Source of the DNA: Octopus bimaculoides
Lineage: Eukaryota
DNA: 58,819 nucleotides
Assembly: GCF_001194135.2 (NCBI RefSeq)
Contig: NC_069003.1
Span: 24,033,181-24,091,999, forward strand
Direction: 5' to 3'
Below, one piece after another: positions 48,584-58,819 of the stretch (position 1 is its first letter; each line of letters opens with the position of its first letter). The notes under the pieces are model-generated. The model saw nothing but the letters and a program-made list of their open reading frames with translations. It was not told where the DNA came from and did no database searches. The translations under genes and the position numbers were made by a program.

Positions 48584-49562
48584 NNNNNNNNNNNNNNNNN
48601 NNNNNNNNNNNNNNNNNNNNNNNNNNNNNNNNNNNNNNNNNNNNNNNNNNNNNNNNNNNNNNNNNNNNNNNNNNNNNNNNNNNNNNNNNNNNNNNNNNNN
48701 NNNNNNNNNNNNNNNNNNNNNNNNNNNNNNNNNNNNNNNNNNNNNNNNNNNNNNNNNNNNNNNNNNNNNNNNNNNNNNNNNNNNNNNNNNNNNNNNNNNN
48801 NNNNNNNNNNNNNNNNNNNNNNNNNNNNNNNNNNNNNNNNNNNNNNNNNNNNNNNNNNNNNNNNNNNNNNNNNNNNNNNNNNNNNNNNNNNNNNNNNNNN
48901 NNNNNNNNNNNNNNNNNNNNNNNNNNNNNNNNNNNNNNNNNNNNNNNNNNNNNNNNNNNNNNNNNNNNNNNNNNNNNNNNNNNNNNNNNNNNNNNNNNNN
49001 NNNNNNNNNNNNNNNNNNNNNNNNNNNNNNNNNNNNNNNNNNNNNNNNNNNNNNNNNNNNNNNNNNNNNNNNNNNNNNNNNNNNNNNNNNNNNNNNNNNN
49101 NNNNNNNNNNNNNNNNNNNNNNNNNNNNNNNNNNNNNNNNNNNNNNNNNNNNNNNNNNNNNNNNNNNNNNNNNNNNNNNNNNNNNNNNNNNNNNNNNNNN
49201 NNNNNNNNNNNNNNNNNNNNNNNNNNNNNNNNNNNNNNNNNNNNNNNNNNNNNNNNNNNNNNNNNNNNNNNNNNNNNNNNNNNNNNNNNNNNNNNNNNNN
49301 NNNNNNNNNNNNNNNNNNNNNNNNNNNNNNNNNNNNNNNNNNNNNNNNNNNNNNNNNNNNNNNNNNNNNNNNNNNNNNNNNNNNNNNNNNNNNNNNNNNN
49401 NNNNNNNNNNNNNNNNNNNNNNNNNNNNNNNNNNNNNNNNNNNNNNNNNNNNNNNNNNNNNNNNNNNNNNNNNNNNNNNNNNNNNNNNNNNNNNNNNNNN
49501 NNNNNNNNNNNNNNNNNNNNNNNNNNNNNNNNNNNNNNNNNNNNNNNNNNNNNNNNNNNNNN

Positions 49563-49616
<54 letters not shown>

Positions 49617-49700
49617 TAATAATGATAATAATAAAATGACAACAAAAGAATGAGATCTCGATATTATGTCTGTCTGCCGGTCTTTCTGTCTGTGTCTGTG

Positions 49701-49767
<67 letters not shown>

Positions 49768-50620
49768 ATATATCTGTATGTGTATAAAGTATATAAATGC
49801 TTATATAAATATATATGCATAAATACATACACATATATATACACACACACACATATATATATATGAACATATATGTATATATATGCATATATACGTACAT
49901 ATATATATACACACATACACACACACATACATATATATGTCACTCTATCTATCAACCTGCCTCTCTCTCCCAATCTCCATCTCTCCCAATCTCTGTTTCC
50001 CTCCCTCCCTCCCTCTCTCTAACTATCTTCGATCACATACAAATCATTACGGTGAGACTCATTGTCCCTTTTCGTGCTCTGTACCTGTTAGCTTCCAAAG
50101 CCAACACTCACGTAACGCTAAATAACAGTTAGTCACGTTCAAACACCGCCTCAGGAGGCGAATAGAAATATTCTCTTCTTCTTCGATTTACCTTTCTTAG
50201 ATTTTTATTTCATTTTNNNNNNNNNNNNNNNNNNNNNNNNNNNNNNNNNNNNNNNNNNNNNNNNNNNNNNNNNNNNNNNNNNNNNNNNNNNNNNNNNNNN
50301 NNNNNNNNNNNNNNNNNNNNNNNNTGACAAAATAGATTAATCAATATTTGTTTCATTTTATGTTTTATTACGAAGGCCAGTTTCAACATGAATACAGAAG
50401 ACTCCCATCTCCGATTGACAAACAAAAGAAATATTCTTTTATACCGGAAGCTGCAAGCGCCATGTTGAAATTCTCTTGTTCTTTTTTCTGTCGTTGTTGT
50501 ATTTGTGGCTTTGTGTTTTGTATTTGGTATCGTCATTTTGTGTGTATGTGTGTGTGTGTTTTTGTTTTCTCTTGTATTTCTTTTTTTTTTTTTTTGCTAT
50601 TCAAAGTAAGCTGGTCGTAG

Positions 50621-50634
50621 GCGCCCCCTTGTGG
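50621..50634 (-). promoter_or_regulatory. Candidate CTCF core motif
   Basis: Minus strand CCACAAGGGGGCGC versus the core consensus CCACCAGGGGGCGC (13/14), outside any recognised repeat. Confidence 0.45.
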
Positions 50635-51051
50635 TGCGGTGGCAAAAGAAATTCTCTCGGTGAATCAAACCATCAGTTCAATGTTGATTCTTTACTGTTT
50701 AAATCCTTTCACGTTATTCGTTGATTGTCCACCTTCCACTGTTTGCTTGTCTCTCTATCAAAGTGATTCTCTACAGGGGTTCAAACGGGCCTTGGGGCCC
50801 CATCTCAGATTTCGTTGTTACAAATTGTATGCAATAAACTGCTTCTGCTTCTGCAATACATAAAATATTTTAACATATCTTTTTTTATACAGTTGCTAAT
50901 AATATCATTATATAAGTATAAGAGGATTTTTCTAAACATCGAATGGCTATAAGGGACCAATAGGGTAAACTAGGGATCACAAGAGTCCATGGACTTTCCT
51001 AATCATACTCCACCTGACAATCATCTTTTCACATTATTTAGAGGGCAATCA

Positions 51052-51265
51052 AGGCGGCGAGCTGGCAGAATCGTTAGCACGCCGGGCGAAATGCTTAGCT
51101 GTGTTTCGTCTATCTTCACGTTCTGGGTTCAAATTCCGGCGAGGTCGACTTTGCCTTTCATCCTTTGAGACTCGATAAATTAAATACCTGTTGAGTACCG
51201 GGGTCGATGCGATCAACTGTCCCCATCATCACAAAATCCAGGCTTTGTGCTTATAATAAAAAGGA
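51052..51265 (+). mobile_element. SINE family A, full length
   Basis: aaggcggcgagctggcagaatcgttagcacgccgggcgaaatgcttagc...ggttcaaattcc...ggggtcgatgcgatc. Confidence 0.93.
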
Positions 51266-51878
51266 TTATTTAGATGGAAATCAGTTTATTAATTGCGAAG
51301 AGGTTAAAAATAATATTGAGTGTTTATTTGCTCCGAAACCTGAAGAATTTTGCGAGACCTGAAGAATTTGCTGAATGTATTGAATTATGTTTATAAATAA
51401 TGAGAAGAATTATTATCTTGATTAGTTATATCAATTAAGATCAATGAAGCTTTCGATTCTTTCCCCGCCTTGGAAATCGACAGGAATGTATTTTCAACCA
51501 AAGAGAAATTGCTACATTTCTCCATATGGCTGGTGTTTAATACGTATTCAATAGTGTTACATCACTAAACTTGATGACTTTTTAAGTAATGTGTTCGTAG
51601 ATAGTTAATGGGTTGGTTGTTATTCTGATGAAAGAACAATCACTCCAGAAATGTGCATCTACACCCATTACTCATTTTTCTATCTTCGATCGCATTGTTT
51701 ACAAAGACATATTCGTGTACGAAACCACGTAACATATGGTAATGGCTCTAAATGCTTACAGAAATCTGCAGAGACGACTTAAAAGTGATTGTATCACATA
51801 GCTAGCACAAAAAGTAAAACACAGTATTTACTTGCAAATTTTAAATGTACTTGGTATCATATATATATNNNNNNNNNN

Positions 51879-51914
<36 letters not shown>

Positions 51915-52082
51915 CTTATATATATACACAGCGAGCGAGATCATCATACTAAAATTCTAGTTTCGCTTGAAATTAAAGTTCTTCAATGATATTTCATTGT
52001 GGCTAAGAGGATTTTTTACCTTTTGTTGCTGTTAATGTAGGTACCACCCAACACCGTCAGTGACAATTAGTCACAATTGTAT

Positions 52083-52115
<33 letters not shown>

Positions 52116-52299
52116 AGTATATGTATGTCAGTATATGTACATCTATGTCTATATATACATATGTATGTATGTATATGTATATCTATGTACATACATACAT
52201 ACATACATACATACATACATACATACATACATAAGACAAGATCAACTAAAATAACGACTAGAAACAAAATGACAACTAATAACAGACAACAACAATATT

Positions 52300-52390
52300 T
52301 TCGGCATTAAAACAATAACAACAGCAACAACAGCAGCAACAGCAGCAACAGCAACAGCAGCAGCAGCAGCAGCAAAAGCAGCAGCAAAAA
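52300..52390 (+). repeat. (CAA)/(CAG) compound microsatellite
   Basis: Read directly from the sequence. Confidence 0.9.
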
Positions 52391-52544
52391 CAATGTTAAG
52401 AGTGGGAAAAAAAAAGTACATGAAAGCAAACATCTAAGTTGATGTAAGAATATTAATGACTGAACTAGTAAATTATGCATATGGCTTCTGGGTAGACCGT
52501 TAATGCAAACATAACTAGATTAAGACAGGGTGTCGCGTGCGTGT

Positions 52545-52603
<59 letters not shown>

Positions 52604-53004
52604 NNNNNNNNNNNNNNNNNNNNNNNNNNNNNNNNNNNNNNNNNNNNNNNNNNNNNNNNNNNNNNNNNNNNNNNNNNNNNNNNNNNNNNNNNNNNNNNNN
52701 NNNNNNNNNNNNNNNNNNNNNNNNNNNNNNNNNNNNNNNNNNNNNNNNNNNNNNNNNNNNNNNNNNNNNNNNNNNNNNNNNNNNNNNNNNNNNNNNNNNN
52801 NNNNNNNNNNNNNNNNNNNNNNNNNNNNNNNNNNNNNNNNNNNNNNNNNNNNNNNNNNNNNNNNNNNNNNNNNNNNNNNNNNNNNNNNNNNNNNNNNNNN
52901 NNNNNNNNNNNNNNNNNNNNNNNNNNNNNNNNNNNNNNNNNNNNNNNNNNNNNNNNNNNNNNNNNNNNNNNNNNNNNNNNNNNNNNNNNNNNNNNNNNNN
53001 NNNN

Positions 53005-53064
<60 letters not shown>

Positions 53065-53215
53065 CACACACACATACACACATACACAATTACATACCTG
53101 CGTGTCAATACCTTCGCATAATTCATTATATATATGGTGATTATGTACAAAGATAAATATAGTTTGTGCTCATGTTTGCATTCTATATAAATGCACGCGC
53201 GCACACACGCATACA

Positions 53216-53262
<47 letters not shown>

Positions 53263-53752
53263 ACACTCACACATATGTATATATGTGTGTAAGTATATAC
53301 TATATGGGCATTTGACAATGTACCCTATTGCGTATTATTTTCTAAAGATACTCAAATTGTATTTTCTGTTGTTATTACTTATATATGTATTTATAAATTT
53401 ATATACTTATATATAATCACACTTTTTTTTTCTTAAATATATAAAAAGCCATGCAATATGTTAAGCAAATTTAGCTCTGCTAAGTGTCGCCTGATCCATA
53501 AAATTAGTGCCGTCGCCATCTTTGTTTCACTTGTTTATAATGTGATAGATCAAAAATCTATTGTAAATATTTAATGGTGATACGATTATGTAGAAATATC
53601 ATAAATCAATGTTGAAATTTCGATACAGCTTCTAGATCAAGCTGTAGCCAGTTTTGATGTCCTTGCTTTTAACTGAGGTCTCAATATCTGAAATTGCAGA
53701 AGGCCTTTACGTTCTAATTTCAAATCAAGCCGTGGTCAATTTTTCTTTTAAT

Positions 53753-54542
53753 TTTGCAGCCTCGAACAAACCTTGAAACCAAGAAAGAAATCACAGTATT
53801 AGCTGAGAACTAGGCATATAGCCTGACGTAACATTATGTAAAAACTACACAAGCTGCTCGAATAAATGGTTAACAGGCTGAGCGAAACGCTTAGCCGCTT
53901 TTGGTTCGTCTTTACGTTCTGAGTCCAAATTCCGCCGCTGTCGACTTTGTCTTTCATCCTTCCGAGATCGATAAAATACGGACTAGTATTTTATCGACTG
54001 GGGTTGATATAATCGGCTTAACTACTCCTGGGTATGAGTACAAATAAAACTGCATCTCTCTGACAATCCATGACGATCCGGTGTGGCACAGTAGGCTCGT
54101 CGACCCGGTATGATCTTAAGCTATTCTCTGGTGGAAAGAACATGCTGAGGTCCTCGTCCTGCAGTGGATTGAACTTGGGCAATCCAAATCCCAATCCAAG
54201 GCAGCAGGACTTTTGCTAGTTGCAGAGACTACGGTTAGTATGAATAGAGAATAGAATCGAATTCCTTTCCGTAATCAAACCATATTGTCACAAGGTTTCT
54301 ACAATTTGTTACTATTTCAGACAACTTTATTTACTAAAATTAGTTCGATGCATCGCCACCCTCCTTTTTTTTTACCTGCCTGCTCATCAGTGAGTATGTC
54401 ATCAAACCGACAATGGTCTTAGAGGAATTTATTCGAGCAGCTTGTGTAGTTTGAACATAATGTTACGTCAGGCTATAATGCCTAGTTCTCAGCTAATACT
54501 GTGATTTCATTCTTGGTTTCAAGGTTTGTTCGCGGCTGCAAA
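53753..54542. repeat. Inverted repeat 53753-53867 / 54427-54542 (5 differences in about 116 bp)
   Basis: tttgcagcctcgaacaaacc...ctgctcgaataaat and its reverse complement lie about 560 bp apart. Confidence 0.96.
53875..54020 (+). mobile_element. SINE family A, diverged at the 5' end
   Basis: gcgaaacgcttagccgc...gttctgagtccaaattccgccgctgtcgactttgtctttcatcc. Confidence 0.82.
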
Positions 54543-54980
54543 TCATTCTTAGCTACAGGGTTATGCATCAATCTGACCTTGCTTAGTCCTTTGAAATATA
54601 TGTATAAAAGATTTTCTATAAAAAACAAAAAAAAATGAACGTAGTCAACTATCAGGTCTCTTCCTGCAGCCTTTCCATTACGCAACTTTCCACACAGCTT
54701 TGGTGACGGTTTCAATATCGGTTGTATCGGTTTTATTGTTGATGCTGGTACATTAGATTTTCTTCATTGTGTCTGACCATGTTGCATTCTGATTAGAATT
54801 TTTTTTCGTTCGTTCCAGATTGTAGACTAGAATGAGCTTCGATCTATCAGAGAAACGGTTCTTTTTTTTTAATACAGTATTGTTTCCCTTTTTCTTTCAG
54901 CAGCCTGTAACTTAGAAGCAAATTTGTTGTTTATATTGGCTGTTTCATTTTTTTCCTACAACGAAGTTTTTCCTGCTTCA
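54245..54980 (-). mobile_element. Decayed RLE-type LINE RT N-terminal region
   Basis: Minus strand gives NGKAAGRDLIV, an NYRPIACLNIM-like stretch (EN*..NIMFKLHKLLE), ILTDEQAGKKKGGW and IWFDYGKEFDSI (cf. DYKKAFDS). Confidence 0.85.
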
Positions 54981-55194
54981 TATTTACTGATTTTCCTTCA
55001 AGATTTTAAAAGTTCATTCTTCAGATTTACTGATTTTTCTTCAAGATTTTAAAAGTTAGAATCTCCGTACATTTTTTAATGAAATGTTGTCGGTGTGCTG
55101 GGAACTTATTTTCCGCCTTATACATAACAATAATATTTTTACTCCTCGATTCTACGACATGCATTGTTTATGTTTTCCTCTAGTATTGGTTTCA

Positions 55195-55380
55195 AATCTT
55201 GGCACTAGGCCGGCAAGTTCGGTGAGTAAGTACCAGGGCTCAATTGGTACTTGCTCTAACGACTCCAAAAGGATTAAAGGCAAAGTCGGCTTCGGCAGAA
55301 TTTGAACTCAGAACGTAAAGACGGAAAAAATACCGCTAAATATTTTGCCCGGTGTGCTAACATTTCTTCCAGCTCGCCGC
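55195..55380 (-). mobile_element. SINE family A
   Basis: aaggcaaagtcggcttcggcagaatttgaactcagaacg...gcccggtgtgctaacatttcttccagctcgccgc. Confidence 0.9.
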
Positions 55381-56471
55381 ATTATGTTTTCCTCGAATAA
55401 TGTTACGCATCTGAGTTGCCTACGTTAAGCTATTTCATGGTTCCGTGCTTTGCAAATATCTCACAGGTATCCCTCCAGTGTAACGGCAGCCGTATACAGG
55501 TAGATATTGACATTCCAACACATGTTATCGCATTTCTTTGTATAACCCACAGCGATATTGTCAGCAATATTTGTCAAGAGAGCAGTTGATCTTTCCCCAC
55601 TCGCGAAAACAAAAGCTTAAAAATACATGCATGTTTGTATAATCGACTTAACTATCTCCGGGTATGAGCATAAAATATCTTCGCCCCTCTGCCAAGCCCT
55701 GTCAATCCAGGTTGGCAATGTAGGCTCATCAAAACAGTATGTTCACAAGCTCAAATTCCCAGCATCCATATCAGACCGTGGTTGGTGGAGAGAATAAACT
55801 CATTCGGATTTTTCTCTCTTCAGTCGAGATCTAGATTATCTTTGCAATTTCGGCTGGTTATTTGAAGGACCGCTCCGAGTGGCACACACACTGCAGCTAC
55901 GCTAGTGACCTAGAGATTCGCGGGCCTCAGCAGAGAACAGCCGTTGTAAAAGGCTGAAACTAAGTACGGAAGGACATACAGCCTAACGCTGTAACGGTGT
56001 AATCATTCAATGTCAGAAACGTATTTAGTTGCTTCTTTCTTCGGCTCTTCACAATAATGATCTCGCACATCTACCGTAACTATTTCACTCTTAAACAGTA
56101 AACCACACACAGACACACACGCATACAGACACGCTCACACGCACACACGCGCAGACACACATATATAGACGCACATTTATTTTCTTATTTATTTCTTTGT
56201 TTCATTGGGATGTTTCACATTATTTTTAACATTTAAAATGAATTATTGAATGGGAGATCGATATAAACCATTAAATTCACATTCCATAAAATTATTGCCA
56301 TTCGCCGTGAATAGGCGTGGAAAGAAGTATCGATATGTGTGTCTTTATTTACAGTGCATACGTGCATATATGTGTATGTATGTGCATGTATGTATGTATA
56401 TAAATATACATATATTTATGTATGTGTGTATATATATGTATGTGTGTATATCTATATATATATTTATGTAA

Positions 56472-56509
<38 letters not shown>

Positions 56510-57559
56510 NNNNNNNNNNNNNNNNNNNNNNNNNNNNNNNNNNNNNNNNNNNNNNNNNNNNNNNNNNNNNNNNNNNNNNNNNNNNNNNNNNNNNNNNNNN
56601 NNNNNNNNNNNNNNNNNNNNNNNNNNNNNNNNNNNNNNNNNNNNNNNNNNNNNNNNNNNNNNNNNNNNNNNNNNNNNNNNNNNNNNNNNNNNNNNNNNNN
56701 NNNNNNNNNNNNNNNNNNNNNNNNNNNNNNNNNNNNNNNNNNNNNNNNNNNNNNNNNNNNNNNNNNNNNNNNNNNNNNNNNNNNNNNNNNNNNNNNNNNN
56801 NNNNNNNNNNNNNNNNNNNNNNNNNNNNNNNNNNNNNNNNNNNNNNNNNNNNNNNNNNNNNNNNNNNNNNNNNNNNNNNNNNNNNNNNNNNNNNNNNNNN
56901 NNNNNNNNNNNNNNNNNNNNNNNNNNNNNNNNNNNNNNNNNNNNNNNNNNNNNNNNNNNNNNNNNNNNNNNNNNNNNNNNNNNNNNNNNNNNNNNNNNNN
57001 NNNNNNNNNNNNNNNNNNNNNNNNNNNNNNNNNNNNNNNNNNNNNNNNNNNNNNNNNNNNNNNNNNNNNNNNNNNNNNNNNNNNNNNNNNNNNNNNNNNN
57101 NNNNNNNNNNNNNNNNNNNNNNNNNNNNNNNNNNNNNNNNNNNNNNNNNNNNNNNNNNNNNNNNNNNNNNNNNNNNNNNNNNNNNNNNNNNNNNNNNNNN
57201 NNNNNNNNNNNNNNNNNNNNNNNNNNNNNNNNNNNNNNNNNNNNNNNNNNNNNNNNNNNNNNNNNNNNNNNNNNNNNNNNNNNNNNNNNNNNNNNNNNNN
57301 NNNNNNNNNNNNNNNNNNNNNNNNNNNNNNNNNNNNNNNNNNNNNNNNNNNNNNNNNNNNNNNNNNNNNNNNNNNNNNNNNNNNNNNNNNNNNNNNNNNN
57401 NNNNNNNNNNNNNNNNNNNNNNNNNNNNNNNNNNNNNNNNNNNNNNNNNNNNNNNNNNNNNNNNNNNNNNNNNNNNNNNNNNNNNNNNNNNNNNNNNNNN
57501 NNNGTATGTATGTATGTATGCATGCGTGTGTGCGTGTGTGCGTGTGTGTGTGTGTGTGA

Positions 57560-57598
<39 letters not shown>

Positions 57599-57744
57599 AT
57601 GATAATTTATTTTCCAACGCAGAGACACCGTTGGAAGAGCAGGAACATAGGGTAAATTACCCTTACAAAGCGAAAACATATGTCAATAAACAGCCATGGT
57701 ACACGGGCCCATATCTTTTGAAGATTCCACAACTTTATTAATGA

Positions 57745-57960
57745 TGGTAGAAATTTTGGTACAAGACCAGCAGGAGGAAGGGGCTAAGTCGATTAAATCA
57801 ACCCAAGTGCTCAACTGGTACTTATTTACTTATTTTATCGACCCTGAAAGGACGAAAGGCAAAGTCAGCCACAGAGGAATTTGAACTCAGAACGTAAAAT
57901 CGGGACCAAACATTTCTAAGTTATTTTGCATGATGTGCTAACGCTTCGGCCATCTCGCCG
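57745..57960 (-). mobile_element. SINE family A
   Basis: gtcgattaaatcaacccaagtgctcaactggtac...gaaaggcaaagtc...atttgaactcagaacg. Confidence 0.88.
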
Positions 57961-58343
57961 TCCTCCACCACACTGTTAATGAGAATTAATGAGAATTAAT
58001 GAGAAAACAAAATACTGAAGTTTGTATCCATTAAATTGCACTTTCTTTGCAACTTGGAAAAGATCAGAAGTTTAAAACCATCAGATTATATTAAACATGG
58101 CTATTTCTCTTTACTCCCCTCACGATTATCACACGCTCCCAAATGAGAATCAGCAACTTAGCGTCAACTATTGCATCGTATAGCTTTGCTTTTATAAGTT
58201 TATATTTCTCGATTTATTACATAACATATGGAATGTCTTAACAAGAAACAATTTATTATCATTTCGTGCACTACTGAAGTGTGTGCATGCAGGAATGTAT
58301 GTATGTATGTATGTATGTATGTATGTATGTATGNNNNNNNNNN

Positions 58344-58385
<42 letters not shown>

Positions 58386-58659
58386 GTGAGCGTTCGTCTA
58401 CACACGTATGCCTCATTCTCTTGAATATACAGTATCTAAGATATGTCACTAATTATTTAAACTAACACCGAATCGATAAATGAGCTTCGATTTTCAGCGA
58501 GAAATAAGAGGTAACAACGTTATATTAAAGAAATTTTATGTGAGGTTGACTGACGCCATGTCCCAGAGAAAAGGGGATTTATTTCTCGGAACACAACAGT
58601 TTGATTTTATATCCCAGCCTTACTGAGGACGCAAGAAATCAATATTGGATACTTACATA

Positions 58660-58670
58660 TCTATCTATCC

Positions 58671-58754
<84 letters not shown>

Positions 58755-58785
58755 ATTTATCTATCTGTATCTATCTATCTCTACA
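58660..58785 (+). repeat. (TATC)n microsatellite
   Basis: Read directly from the sequence. Confidence 0.95.
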
Positions 58786-58819
58786 CACAACATATATACA
58801 CGTTTACATGCATATACAT

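Noticed and set aside
55467-55499. 33-nt micro-exon candidate (VSLQCNGSRIQ)
   Set aside because: Weak donor (gtagat), short pyrimidine tract and no supporting homology.

Overview
AT-rich animal genomic DNA from a draft scaffold, with 23 N-gaps totalling about 10.5 kb and nearly all bordered by microsatellites. The tRNA-derived SINE families and the extreme microsatellite density suggest an octopus or related cephalopod (inference). No intact host protein-coding gene can be supported; almost all listed ORFs are microsatellite or N-run artefacts. The window is intronic or intergenic and is filled with three SINE families (called A, B and C here), decayed RLE-type (R4/Dong-like) LINE pieces, a Penelope-like element (RT plus GIY-YIG), mariner and Tc1 remnants, a TA-flanked MITE, a U6 snRNA pseudogene and an initiator tRNA-Met pseudogene. 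The most unusual items are: (1) a 195-bp fold-back at 8314-8508 whose two arms each carry a minimal type-I hammerhead ribozyme motif on opposite strands; (2) a U6 copy fused directly to a SINE 3' tail; (3) a same-strand stack of RLE LINE ends in (TAA)n tracts; (4) local direct and inverted duplications of already-decayed LINE RT sequence beside SINE 5' ends. All alignments and folds were done by eye, and most element boundaries are approximate.
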